Assembly (NCBI GenBank): GCA_964404025.1
Contig: CAYOIJ010000001.1
Span: forward strand, 22,685 to 86,684
Direction of reading: 5' to 3'
Source of the DNA: an uncultured Pseudomonadales bacterium
GTDB lineage: Bacteria; Patescibacteriota; Microgenomatia; UBA1400; PJMF01
Length of the DNA stretch: 64,000 nucleotides
The stretch's first letter is position 1; each line of letters starts with the position of its first letter. A program made the position numbers and the translations under genes. Below the pieces are notes generated by a model. That model searched no databases. It was not told the DNA's origin and saw nothing but the letters and a program-made list of their open reading frames with translations. Positions 35,335 to 44,690 of the stretch are shown here, in pieces.

Positions 35335-36417
35335 TTATTCCAAGCTTGCCTCTTTAATTTCTGGGTTGGTCCATTCTTGGCAAGAATCTAAGCCTGTACA
35401 TAAGCGACATTCAGCAATAAAATCCCCACCTTCTTTAATTAAATAATCCGCAGAAGTATTGGCAATACTAAGTCTTTCTTCAAGAAAGACTACTTCTCCG
35501 TTTGGTTCTAAGACAGCAAAATCAAAGCGCTCAATTAAGTCATCAGGATTTCCGCTAGATGCTAGTTTACCAGAACATCTAAACCTAATAATGCTAACTC
35601 CAGGTATAAATTCTTGATCTGCATCTCCGGTTAAAACTTGATTATTTTGATCTAGAATTTCAACTTTGCGACACATTGGAACAGGAGTGGGTGTTGGTCC
35701 AGTAGTGGGTGTTGGTCCAGTGGTTGGAGTGGGACCGGTAGTTGGAGTGGGTCCAGTGGTGGGTGTTGGTGTTGGAGGACGTGGAGTGTTAGTTGGTTGA
35801 GGCGTATTGCCACACTCTCTTAGCGAAGTTTCATAATGCTGACAGCTCGAGTTAACATTGCAGTAGGTGTTTGAGTTGTTAACAGCATCAATTTGCCAGC
35901 ATTGAGGGTAGTTTGAGCTTCTGGCTTTATTCAGTAGGGTACTACAGTTTCCAAACTCCCAATAAGAACTAGGGTCAGACTCAGAGCATTTTCCAGGAAC
36001 TAGAATACCTTTTGGACAGTTGATGAGCACACATTTACCCTCCCAAGTACCTGAAGTATTTCGACAAGAACTTCCATAATGATAGGAATTACAGCTAAAA
36101 CCAGAACTATAAGCTTGTTGTCTGGTGTCTTGACGCTGTTTCATTAAAATTAAACCCGCAGCACTACTAGCCAGTAGGAAGAAAAGCAAGACAATTGCTA
36201 GTATATTGGTTTTATTTTTAGTCAAGTTGTCTTGTGGATTTTTAGAGCCAGAATCTTTACTAATCAGATTAGGTGGGGTTTTTTCTGTTTTAACTTCATT
36301 TTTCTTATCAAAATTATTACGTCTATTCAGGAAAAAAGTATTAGATTCTAGCTTATCAGGCTGACTCGGTATTGTTTCATTGTGAACTGGTGAAAAACGA
36401 TTGCTAGTGTCAGTCAT
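35335..36417 (-). CDS. Cys-rich, Thr/Pro-repeat surface protein, paralog B. It has a different C-terminal domain and no C-terminal hydrophobic tail
   Basis: N-terminal cytoplasmic stretch plus TM (ILAIVLLFFLLASSAAGLIL). Post-TM motif MKQRQDTRQQAYSS shared with paralog C (KRAQDLRQQAAYQ). (TGPTP)n repeats. Confidence 0.6.
   Translation of the reverse strand: MTDTSNRFSPVHNETIPSQPDKLESNTFFLNRRNNFDKKNEVKTEKTPPNLISKDSGSKNPQDNLTKNKTNILAIVLLFFLLASSAAGLILMKQRQDTRQQAYSSGFSCNSYHYGSSCRNTSGTWEGKCVLINCPKGILVPGKCSESDPSSYWEFGNCSTLLNKARSSNYPQCWQIDAVNNSNTYCNVNSSCQHYETSLRECGNTPQPTNTPRPPTPTPTTGPTPTTGPTPTTGPTPTTGPTPTPVPMCRKVEILDQNNQVLTGDADQEFIPGVSIIRFRCSGKLASSGNPDDLIERFDFAVLEPNGEVVFLEERLSIANTSADYLIKEGGDFIAECRLCTGLDSCQEWTNPEIKEASLE
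35690..35800. repeat. Tandem 15-nt coding repeat encoding (PTTGPT)n within surface protein paralog B
   Basis: GTGGGTGTTGGTCCAGTAGTGGGTGTTGGTCCAGTGGTTGGAGTGGGACCGGTAGTTGGAGTGGGTCCAGTGGTGGGTGTTGG read directly. Confidence 0.7.
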
Positions 36418-36522
36418 AAAAAGACTATGAATAAGGCATTACAAGTATTATCTTTAGATAAGCATACTCTATTTTTTGAGGCTTTAGCAAGAGTAATTTT
36501 TTATATTCCATTCTAGAATTAA

Positions 36523-37626
36523 CTAAAATAGAAGTAACAATAAGGTTCCAAGTCCTAGCGCACCCAAACCAATTTTAATGAAATTAAACCAATCAGCAAA
36601 ACCTGTTTCAGTTGGAATTTCTACTGCTCGCTCAATGATAGTACCACCATCTGGCAAGCGACAGTTAACATCAGTTGGGTAGACATCTAGACGACAAAAG
36701 CCTTCATAGCAAATATGGCTAATATTGGCACAATCAGCGTTTTCATTGCAACTTTCATTACAGCCAACAGTGGTAATTACTCTAGTTACGACTGGAGTTG
36801 GTTCTTCTGGTTTGTTAGTTGGCTGGATACTTGACGTGGGACTAGTAGTGGCTGTGGGTTCAGTGGTTGGGCCGGTGGTTGGCTCGGATGTTGGCCCAGT
36901 GGTTGGTCCGGTGGTAGGCTTAGTAGTTGGTTCGATTGTAGGTTCAGTGGTAGGTTCAGTGGTAGGTTCAGTGGTAGGTTCAGTAGTTGGTTCGATGGTG
37001 GGTTCAGTGGTTGGCTCGGATGTTGGCCCAGTGGTGGGTCCAGTGGTGGGTTTGGTGGTAGGCTCAGTGCTGGGTTTGGCTGTGGGTTGAGGAGAACTTT
37101 GACAATAATCTCCACCTCCTCCAGTACTAATACAAGTTCTTGGGCCACCATTTCCACCACAATTAGTAGTAATCCAACAATCGTGAGTATAGCACTTGGT
37201 ATACAAAAGATACCAATCCTTACAATAAGAACCTCCTTTGTTAGAACAACTACTAATCTGACTAGAGGTACAGATGATGTCCTGATAGGCAGCTTGTTGT
37301 CTCAGGTCTTGAGCTCTTTTAATTAAAAATAAAGAAGTTAAGGTGCCAATTACCAGTAATAAAAGTAAAATACCTAGCAAGATTGTTTTCTTTTGTTTAG
37401 GTGTTTTTTTTTGCTTGTTTTTTGTAGGTGCTTTACTTTTACCACTGTTGTTACCTGATTGAGATGTATTTACTGGATTTGTTTGAAGAATTGGGTTATT
37501 AGTAGAGGCATTTGTTGTTGAAGGCCCGTTAGGTCTAACCATCGGAGGCTCGCTAGGCTTGCTAGCTTGATTCTCATGAGGTTTTTGTTGGTATTTATTT
37601 GGTAAATATTTACTTAAGTCAGACAT
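36523..37626 (-). CDS. Cys-rich, Thr/Pro-repeat surface protein, paralog C, with the shared C-terminal domain and hydrophobic tail
   Basis: N-terminal Lys-rich region plus TM. Cys/Gly-rich segment. Roughly 80-aa (PTTE/PTTG/PTTK) repeat. C-terminus VITTVGCNESCNENADCANISHICYEGFCRLDVYPTDVNCRLPDGGTIIERAVEIPTETGFADWFNFIKIGLGALGLGTLLLLLF. Confidence 0.6.
   Translation of the reverse strand: MSDLSKYLPNKYQQKPHENQASKPSEPPMVRPNGPSTTNASTNNPILQTNPVNTSQSGNNSGKSKAPTKNKQKKTPKQKKTILLGILLLLLVIGTLTSLFLIKRAQDLRQQAAYQDIICTSSQISSCSNKGGSYCKDWYLLYTKCYTHDCWITTNCGGNGGPRTCISTGGGGDYCQSSPQPTAKPSTEPTTKPTTGPTTGPTSEPTTEPTIEPTTEPTTEPTTEPTTEPTIEPTTKPTTGPTTGPTSEPTTGPTTEPTATTSPTSSIQPTNKPEEPTPVVTRVITTVGCNESCNENADCANISHICYEGFCRLDVYPTDVNCRLPDGGTIIERAVEIPTETGFADWFNFIKIGLGALGLGTLLLLLF
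36845..37085. repeat. Tandem 12-nt coding repeat, about 20 units (GGTTCAGTGGTA-like), encoding (PTTE/PTTG/PTIE)n in paralog C
   Basis: Near-perfect 12-nt periodicity read directly. The antisense ORF-track entries here are frame artefacts of the repeat. Confidence 0.8.
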
Positions 37627-37756
37627 AGATTATTATATGTAATAAAACTACTTACACTCTAGTTTAATACACTGAGGCAATACTTGGCAAGCAGAAAAAC
37701 AAATCTCGATATATTTTGATCTATTAAAGGCAAATTGCTGATAAAATTTAATAAAT

Positions 37757-38401
37757 TTAAATCATTTTTAACAATTGATACCAAATTATTTGAAAAATTA
37801 AAAAATATTGTTGCCTTAAATTTAAAGAAAGAGTATCTTGTTCAAGTTTTTTCCAAGCTTGTAAGCTTGTGTGCCTTTCATTATCTAGCACCCACAAAGA
37901 AAAAAGACCTGGTTTTACTTGATGTCTCCACAAGCACCAATTAGGATCAATTTTTTTTAAAGCATTAGCTTCATTGACGGGTAGTGGTCTAGGACCGACT
38001 AAAGCCATTTGACCTTTTAAGACGTTAATTAATTGAGGAAGTTCATCAAGTCCGCTATGAGATAAAAACTTGCCAATTTTCAAAAAGCGAGGGTCGTCAC
38101 CAATTTTAAACATTGGTGTTGGGGCATAGTTTAAGTCAACAAGTTGTTGGTGGTTTTTAGAGCGAAGTGATTCAGCATTTTTAACCATAGTGCGTAATTT
38201 ATAAACGGTAAAAGTTTTTTTATATTGGCCCATTCTTTTTTGTTTAAAAATAATGGGACGACCAATTTTCCATAATAAAAATGGCCAAGTGATGATAGAT
38301 ATTGGTAATAAAATTATTATAAGTATTATTACTAAGACTAGGTCAACTGTTCTTTTAGATTGTTTGTTGAAACTAGGATGAAGGAAATTAATTTTTCTCA
38401 T
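37757..38401 (-). CDS. Polyprenyl-phosphate sugar phosphotransferase (Bac_transf / WbaP-PglC-like priming transferase)
   Basis: N-terminal TM. FKQKRMGQYKKTFTVYKLRTM and the diagnostic ALVGPRPL motif. 214 aa. Confidence 0.8.
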   Translation of the reverse strand: MRKINFLHPSFNKQSKRTVDLVLVIILIIILLPISIITWPFLLWKIGRPIIFKQKRMGQYKKTFTVYKLRTMVKNAESLRSKNHQQLVDLNYAPTPMFKIGDDPRFLKIGKFLSHSGLDELPQLINVLKGQMALVGPRPLPVNEANALKKIDPNWCLWRHQVKPGLFSLWVLDNERHTSLQAWKKLEQDTLSLNLRQQYFLIFQIIWYQLLKMI

Positions 38402-38485
38402 CTTAAAGATTATCTAAAATAATATTTAATCATTCTATCGAAAAATTTAATTAAAGATAGTCTTAATGTTTTTTTATGTTATCAT

Positions 38486-39331
38486 TTGAATGTTTTAAAA
38501 GGAAATGATTTTTTAGAAAATAGAATGAAATTTAGTAAAAAACAGTGTTATTGGTTAGATTTTTTATCGGCAATGACACAAAAAGAAATTAAAGCACGTT
38601 ATAAACGAGCTACTTTCGGTTTTCTATGGATAATATTAAATCCTCTTTTACAGATGTTGGTCTTGGGTTTTGTTTTTCAGTTTTTTGTTCCAATCCGAGT
38701 TGACAATTATTTTCTATTTTTATTTGCAGGATTGTTGCCTTGGAATTTTTTGTCTCAGAGTTTAACTAAAACAACACCAGCTTTTTTTTATGAAAGAAAT
38801 TTAATTAAAAAAGCTAAATTTCCTAGAGAAGGAATTGTTTTATCAATTATTTTTTCCAACTTTTTTCATTTTTTGGTAGCTTTATCTCTGCTTTTGGTAG
38901 CTTTAATTGGTGATAAATTATTGATTGAAAGTTACGGTTTTGTACAAATAATTTTTTACATGTTAAGAATGTTATGGCTTTTACCGGCGATGTTACTATT
39001 AATAGTTTTTACCACTGGTTTATCCTTAATTACCTCATCTCTTAATGTCAGATTTCGTGACATAAATTTTATTGTTCAATTAACAGTAATGCTGTGGTTT
39101 TATGCCACACCAGTGATTTACACATTAAATTTATTGCCAGAATTTTTGTGGCCGATTTTTTATTTAAATCCGATGACTGCTATAATTGAATTGTTTCATC
39201 ACGCATTGATGGGTCTACCGATTACAATAACCAGCTTTATTTGGATGACGGTTGGAGTAATTTTCTGTTTTTTTTATTTTGGTTTACGAATTTTTAGCAG
39301 AGAAAGTAAAAATTTTGATGATTGGTTGTAA
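38486..39331 (+). CDS. wzm: ABC-2 family polysaccharide export permease (Wzm/TagG-like)
   Basis: Six TM segments. KEIKARYKRATFGFLWIILNPLLQMLVLGFVF signature of ABC-2 permeases. Paired with the following ATPase. Confidence 0.7.
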   Translation: MNVLKGNDFLENRMKFSKKQCYWLDFLSAMTQKEIKARYKRATFGFLWIILNPLLQMLVLGFVFQFFVPIRVDNYFLFLFAGLLPWNFLSQSLTKTTPAFFYERNLIKKAKFPREGIVLSIIFSNFFHFLVALSLLLVALIGDKLLIESYGFVQIIFYMLRMLWLLPAMLLLIVFTTGLSLITSSLNVRFRDINFIVQLTVMLWFYATPVIYTLNLLPEFLWPIFYLNPMTAIIELFHHALMGLPITITSFIWMTVGVIFCFFYFGLRIFSRESKNFDDWL

Positions 39332-39343
39332 TTTTGGAAAAAT

Positions 39344-40054
39344 ATGACTGTTTTACAAGAAAAGACAATAAAAAAACGCAAAGTAAGCAATGAGGTTGCT
39401 ATTTCTTTATCTAATATTGGAAAGAAATATACCATTACTCACGAAAAACCAACTCTTGTAGAGGATGTTAGTAGAATATTACATTTTCAAAAAAAACAAG
39501 AATATTGGGCATTAAAGAACGTTGACTTAAAAATTTATAAAGGGGAAAAAGTTGGCCTTTATGGACCTAATGGAATTGGGAAGACTACGATATTGAAGAT
39601 TATTGCTGGTATTAGTGCTCCTACTGAGGGCAAAATAAAAACTAAAGGACGAACTGTTTCTTTAATAGACTTGGAAGCTGGTTTTCATCCTGATCTAACT
39701 GGACAGGAAAACATCTTTTTAAACGGCTTAATTATTGGTATGGAAAAAAATGAAATAAAAGAAAAATTTAATAAGATTGTTGATTTTGCTGGTATTGGTG
39801 ATTTTATTACCGCACCTTTGTACACCTACTCTAGTGGCATGAAGTTGAGATTGGGTTTTAGTGTGGCAATTCATTCTAATCCGGAAATATTACTTCTTGA
39901 TGAGGTAATCAATGCAGGAGATGAAAAATTTCGAGAAAAAGTTTGGAACGTTTTATTAAAAATGTTTGATGAAGAAATTACAGTGTTGATGGCCAGTCAG
40001 TGGTTGGAGATACTAAACAAACACATGTCGAAGATTATAAGTTTGTCTAAATAA
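39344..40054 (+). CDS. wzt: ABC transporter ATP-binding protein (Wzt/TagH-like, short form without a C-terminal glycan-binding domain)
   Basis: Walker A GLYGPNGIGKTT. Signature YSSGMKLRLGFSVA. Walker B ILLLDE. 236 aa. Confidence 0.85.
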   Translation: MTVLQEKTIKKRKVSNEVAISLSNIGKKYTITHEKPTLVEDVSRILHFQKKQEYWALKNVDLKIYKGEKVGLYGPNGIGKTTILKIIAGISAPTEGKIKTKGRTVSLIDLEAGFHPDLTGQENIFLNGLIIGMEKNEIKEKFNKIVDFAGIGDFITAPLYTYSSGMKLRLGFSVAIHSNPEILLLDEVINAGDEKFREKVWNVLLKMFDEEITVLMASQWLEILNKHMSKIISLSK

Positions 40055-40066
40055 TTGTTTTATTTT

Positions 40067-41113
40067 TTAATCGTTTATTAAAACCTTATAAGCTGATAAA
40101 AAGAAAACCTCCTTTTTTCTAAATCCACTTTTTTTTAAAACACTAATAAAATCTGTAATTTTATAAAATTTATACCAGTTCTGGTTAAAATTTAACTTTA
40201 ATATTGATTTTTTCAGCGAAAGAAACAAGTAGCCATATTCAATATCCTTGGTTGAGGAATCGGGAGTAAAGTGAATAAAAGTAATTTTTTCATTCTTAGT
40301 TTTCAATAAGGAGTAACTTTTATCCAATGCTTTTGGTTTTTTTTGACTCAAATACAGGCAATACACTGTTTGTTCTACTAAGTGAATCTGATATAAAAAT
40401 TCTACGCCTCTGTAGTAGTCTCTAATTATTCTTTCATACAAGGCATTACCAATGTTTTCTAACCAGTGATTTAAGTTTTTAAGGGTTCGCTGAGGATTTA
40501 CTGATTCTCTATTTATGCATAGCAAGCCACTATTTAATTGCTGAGGTAGGTTTTTCATTTTTAAATACTTTTGTGCCTCAATCGGTGAAATTACTTTAAA
40601 GTTCAAGTAATCCTGCAAGTACAATGAAAATAAATTTTTTGCATCTTTATCATTTACCCAGTCGATAATTTTTTTAGGAGAAGAAAAAAATAAACAGTCG
40701 GCATCTATAACAATGATTTTCTTGTATTGAGATAAAATTGGAGTGAATAATTTTTTTCCTGCCCAGGTTTTTTGATACATCTCCTCTGCAATTGAATGTT
40801 TTTTAAGCAGCGTTAGTGTTTGGGAATTAAGTTTTTCTAATAATTCAAATTCAGAACCCATTAATTTTATAAGCTTTTTGTGAAACTTTGTAAGTGATCC
40901 GTCATTGACGAAAATGATTTTGACATTTTTCACGAATTTTTTAAAACTAATTGCACTCAAAATTCCTAAATATATGTATTGATTGCCAACAGTAATAAAA
41001 GCAGCGGTGTTTTTTATTAATTTATTTTTAGAATTTTTCTTAAAAGAAATAATTAATACATTGACAAATATGGCAGTATTGACAATGTATCTTTTTAAAC
41101 GATGTTTGATCAT
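40067..41113 (-). CDS. Hypothetical protein, possible nucleotide-sugar-dependent glycosyltransferase (DxD-like KIIVIDADCLFF)
   Basis: 348 aa. N-terminal hydrophobic segment. Only weak motif evidence. Confidence 0.35.
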   Translation of the reverse strand: MIKHRLKRYIVNTAIFVNVLIISFKKNSKNKLIKNTAAFITVGNQYIYLGILSAISFKKFVKNVKIIFVNDGSLTKFHKKLIKLMGSEFELLEKLNSQTLTLLKKHSIAEEMYQKTWAGKKLFTPILSQYKKIIVIDADCLFFSSPKKIIDWVNDKDAKNLFSLYLQDYLNFKVISPIEAQKYLKMKNLPQQLNSGLLCINRESVNPQRTLKNLNHWLENIGNALYERIIRDYYRGVEFLYQIHLVEQTVYCLYLSQKKPKALDKSYSLLKTKNEKITFIHFTPDSSTKDIEYGYLFLSLKKSILKLNFNQNWYKFYKITDFISVLKKSGFRKKEVFFLSAYKVLIND

Positions 41114-41248
41114 AAGTTGTTGTGTTTTAAGTTTTAGTTTTTATAAGTAAATAATAGACTAATCTTTTACCAGCAGGGTTCAGGTAATGATATACTATGT
41201 GCAATTATTCTACAATAAAGGCATGGGAATTATTTTTCGATATAAATT

Positions 41249-42625
41249 ATGAAAACAAAGGTTATTTTTGTTAATCCACCATTTTATAGGTCAGAAAATT
41301 CAAACGCATCCAATAACTTCAAGGTGGATGGACCGAGATTTCACAAGATATATAGGAACATCCCTCAATTATTAAAAATTTGGAATAAATTTAGAGATCC
41401 TACGGTTAGATTTGGTGTAAGAGCTGGGTCTAGATGGCCGTGGACTTGGGATCAGCCCCTAGAACCAATTCACTATCCATTTATGATGGCTTATGCAACT
41501 TCATATTTGATTTCAAAAGGAATAGAATCAAAATTAATTGATTCTATCGCTGAAGAAGACTACTCTTATTCTAACTTTCTCAAAAAAATAAAAAAGGAAA
41601 AAGCAGATATTGTTGTCATGGAAACCTCTATGATTTCTTTGGACATTGATATGTGGTTGGCTAAAAAAATTAGTAGCTTTAGCGAGGTAGGAATAGCTGG
41701 CTCTTATGTAACTTATTATGCTCAAAGTATGCAAAATAAATATCCTTTTATCAGCTATTTGTTGCCAGGAGAATATATAAAATCATCTTTTAAAATGGCA
41801 GTCAAGAAACAAAAGGGTGTTTATAAATCAGAAATTATAAGTGACTTGGATGCATTGCCTTTTCCATACAGAGACTATCCAGAGTCAATAAAGTATTACG
41901 ATCCTACGATGCCAACCCCCAAGCCTCAACTGCAAATTTATGGGAGCAAGGGTTGTCCCTTCAAATGTTCGTTTTGTCTTTGGACTCAAACCATGTATTT
42001 TCATAAGTTCACACTGAGAGACCCTAAGAGAATTGCCGAAGAAATTAAGCATTGTGTAAAAAAATATAAATTTAAAAGTATTTTTTTTGATGATGACACT
42101 TTTAATATTGGCAATGAACGCATAAGTGAATTATGCGACCTATTAAAAGAAATTAATTTACCATGGACGATGATGGGGAGACTAGATTGTTCTCCTGATT
42201 GGTTGATTGACAAAATGGTTGCTTGTGGCTGTGTTGGCATGAGGTTTGGTTTGGAGACTTTTAATAAAAAAGTTAGTAAAAGAGTAGATAAGGGATTGGT
42301 CGATCAGAATCTTTACAAGAAAATAAAAAGATTGAGTGATAAGTATCCTAAATTAATGTTGAGAATATTCATGATGAAAGATTTACCAGGTCAGACAAAT
42401 CAAATGCATCAATCTGATATGAAAAAATTACAAGGTCTAGGATTTAAAGAATTTGGTGATAAATATAGACAAATTCAAGTATCTGTTTGTGCGCCTTTTC
42501 CCGGAACTAAACTGTTTGAAGAAATTAAGGACAAAGTTGATTCTGATAAATTAGACGATTATCGTTTATATGATGGGCACTTAAATACAATAATGAAATA
42601 TTTTAATAAAAATAATTCAAACTAG
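41249..42625 (+). CDS. B12-binding-domain radical SAM enzyme
   Basis: CxxxCxxC cluster YGSKGCPFKCSFCLW. N-terminal roughly 180 aa consistent with a cobalamin-binding Rossmann-like domain (ADIVVMETSM...). 458 aa. Confidence 0.7.
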   Translation: MKTKVIFVNPPFYRSENSNASNNFKVDGPRFHKIYRNIPQLLKIWNKFRDPTVRFGVRAGSRWPWTWDQPLEPIHYPFMMAYATSYLISKGIESKLIDSIAEEDYSYSNFLKKIKKEKADIVVMETSMISLDIDMWLAKKISSFSEVGIAGSYVTYYAQSMQNKYPFISYLLPGEYIKSSFKMAVKKQKGVYKSEIISDLDALPFPYRDYPESIKYYDPTMPTPKPQLQIYGSKGCPFKCSFCLWTQTMYFHKFTLRDPKRIAEEIKHCVKKYKFKSIFFDDDTFNIGNERISELCDLLKEINLPWTMMGRLDCSPDWLIDKMVACGCVGMRFGLETFNKKVSKRVDKGLVDQNLYKKIKRLSDKYPKLMLRIFMMKDLPGQTNQMHQSDMKKLQGLGFKEFGDKYRQIQVSVCAPFPGTKLFEEIKDKVDSDKLDDYRLYDGHLNTIMKYFNKNNSN

Positions 42626-42636
42626 TATTTTCAGTT

Positions 42637-43494
42637 ATGAAAATTTTAATTGTTGGGGCTTCAGGATTTATCGGTTCAGCACTACATTTTTCTTTGGCAA
42701 AAAAAACAAAGGTGATAGGTACTTATTACAAAAACTACGTTCCTGGCACTTATTATTTAGATGCCAATAGTCCTGATAATATAAAAAACTTTTTAAAAAA
42801 ACATACAGATATTGATTTTATTATTTTGAGTCATGGTGTTAAAGATTTAGTAAAGTGTGAAAATGATTATTCGTTGGCTTATCAAAACAACGTTCAACAA
42901 ACAATTAACATTGTTGAATCATTAAAATGCTTTAATAATAAAGCTAGGGTTATATATATATCATCTAATTATGTTTTTGATGGAAAAAAAGGTTTATATA
43001 AAGAGTATGATAAAAAAAATCCAAGAACTATTTACGGCAAGACTAAGTCTTTGGCAGAAGACTATTTAATTAGCCAGGATGTTCCTTGGACAATTATTAG
43101 AACGTCTTCTGTCATAGGTTTAAAAAGTAGTTTTATTAGCTATGTTAAACGGGAGTCTTTGAAAAAGAATAAAATATTTCTCTATAAAAATGTAAACATT
43201 AACCCGACTCCAGCAACAATGTTGATGGATTTTTTTGATTTACTAGTCTTTGATAGTGATTTAAACAGTACTAAAAATCAAATCCTTCATTTTGTAGATA
43301 AAAAAATTGAAAGCAAATATAGCTTTGTTATAAATAACTACAAAGTATTGAGTTTAGAAGTTGAGATAGAGCCAATAATAAGTGAGAGTCCACTTTATTT
43401 TGAGAATTTAACAATGAAGGTTACTGATAAATTTTACTCTCAACTAAGCTCATCTTATGACAAATATTTAAGAGAATCACTAACTGAAAACTAA
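42637..43494 (+). CDS. NAD(P)-dependent sugar-nucleotide reductase, RmlD-like (dTDP-4-dehydrorhamnose reductase family)
   Basis: MKILIVGASGFIGSAL Rossmann motif. YISSNYVFDGKKGLYKEYDKKNPRTIYGKTKSLAE matches the RmlD S.DYVFDG...Y.E.D...P...YG.SK pattern. 285 aa. Confidence 0.6.
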   Translation: MKILIVGASGFIGSALHFSLAKKTKVIGTYYKNYVPGTYYLDANSPDNIKNFLKKHTDIDFIILSHGVKDLVKCENDYSLAYQNNVQQTINIVESLKCFNNKARVIYISSNYVFDGKKGLYKEYDKKNPRTIYGKTKSLAEDYLISQDVPWTIIRTSSVIGLKSSFISYVKRESLKKNKIFLYKNVNINPTPATMLMDFFDLLVFDSDLNSTKNQILHFVDKKIESKYSFVINNYKVLSLEVEIEPIISESPLYFENLTMKVTDKFYSQLSSSYDKYLRESLTEN

Positions 43495-43496
43495 TT

Positions 43497-44690
43497 TTAT
43501 TTCAATAATGAATTGACTATATTAACTAGTTTTTTGATTTCGATGTCCATATTAGCTTGTTCAGTCACATACTTGTAACCTTTTTCTATTATTTTTTCTT
43601 TTAAATCTGGATTCTTTAAATAAAAAGATATTTTTTTTTCTAGATCTCTGTTGCCACTACTGACTATTAGTTTGTTGTGCAGAGAGTGTTTTTTATTAAT
43701 AAATCTTGCATCGGTAATCACAAATCCCTTGCAAGCTAACGCTTCCAATGTTCTAAGAGTAACAACATTCAATCTTAAATGATCTAGGGCTGTAAAATTC
43801 AAACAAATTTTACTTGAATTATATAGACTTCTTACATGAGCTTGTGATATTTTTCCTCTGGATATTTGAGAAAAAATTGAACTGTCATAGTAGGTATAAC
43901 TATAAATGTTTGCAATTATTCTGACTTTTAAATTATTTATTTCAATTTCTAATTTTTGTTTTTTGTCTTCTATTTTTAAAATGAAATTATTGGCTATCTT
44001 TTTTAGATGTCTGAATTTATTTTTTAAATATATCAGCACAGCTTTAAAATTACGTTTATCTGAAGCAAAATTTTTAATACTTATTTTAATTTTTTTATAT
44101 ACTTTTAACTGTTTTGATTCTTCTTTTTTTATAATTTCTTTAGAGTTGGCTTGATTCCAGCCTCCAAATAATCCAAACTTGAATTTTAATGGTGGAAGCA
44201 GATATTTTTCTGTATGTTCTTTATTTTTAATATTATTCCCAACATAAACGACATCATAAGAATTCTTTTTTACTTTTTTCTCAGGGAAAAATATTTCTGT
44301 ATCTACACAAAAAGGGAAATAAAATACTTTTTTATTTTTTAATTTAGTTTTGTATGATTCATACAATTTTTTTGAAACAAATATATAGGCATCGTATTTA
44401 TATTTGCTAATTTTAAACAAAATCTTTTCAGATTTTTCTTGATAAGGATCTTGCAAATAGAGAACGTGTTTTTTTGCCCAATTTTTGTTTAAAGGCGTTT
44501 CGTCCAGATAGATCATCAAATCAATCTTTTTTAAGGGTAGATTGATGGCAGAATATAATCTTGCACGAATCTTATTAGGTTTATTAATTCTTTTACATAG
44601 TGATTCTGCATACAACTCATCTCCAACAACATAGTTATTGTTTTTTAGAGATCCTGTATGGTATTTTGTATAGAAACCAATATTAATCAT
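43497..44690 (-). CDS. CgeB-like glycosyltransferase (Glyco_trans_1_2 C-terminal domain)
   Basis: C-terminal LRLNVVTLRTLEALACKGFVITDA...KKISFYLKNPDLKEKIIEKGYKYV fits the R.FEa.acG...kl.yyl.np..r motif of CgeB-type GT-B enzymes. Confidence 0.5.
   Translation of the reverse strand: MINIGFYTKYHTGSLKNNNYVVGDELYAESLCKRINKPNKIRARLYSAINLPLKKIDLMIYLDETPLNKNWAKKHVLYLQDPYQEKSEKILFKISKYKYDAYIFVSKKLYESYKTKLKNKKVFYFPFCVDTEIFFPEKKVKKNSYDVVYVGNNIKNKEHTEKYLLPPLKFKFGLFGGWNQANSKEIIKKEESKQLKVYKKIKISIKNFASDKRNFKAVLIYLKNKFRHLKKIANNFILKIEDKKQKLEIEINNLKVRIIANIYSYTYYDSSIFSQISRGKISQAHVRSLYNSSKICLNFTALDHLRLNVVTLRTLEALACKGFVITDARFINKKHSLHNKLIVSSGNRDLEKKISFYLKNPDLKEKIIEKGYKYVTEQANMDIEIKKLVNIVNSLLK

Noticed and set aside
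36845-37085. Possible CRISPR array suggested by regular short repeats
   Set aside because: The period is 12 nt with no spacers, and the repeat lies entirely within an ORF encoding PTTE/PTTG peptide repeats. It is not a CRISPR.
36725-37326. ORFs 36725..37090 (+), 36786..37160 (-) and 37087..37326 (+) inside the surface-protein gene
   Set aside because: They are alternative-frame or antisense readings of the 12-nt tandem repeat (poly-VVGS / poly-LNLP). The sense frame at 36523..37626 (-) gives a coherent protein with an N-terminal anchor and a conserved C-terminal domain.
37735-37944. ORF 37735..37944 (+) overlapping the sugar phosphotransferase gene
   Set aside because: Antisense to a gene with the diagnostic LVGPRPL motif. 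Likely spurious.
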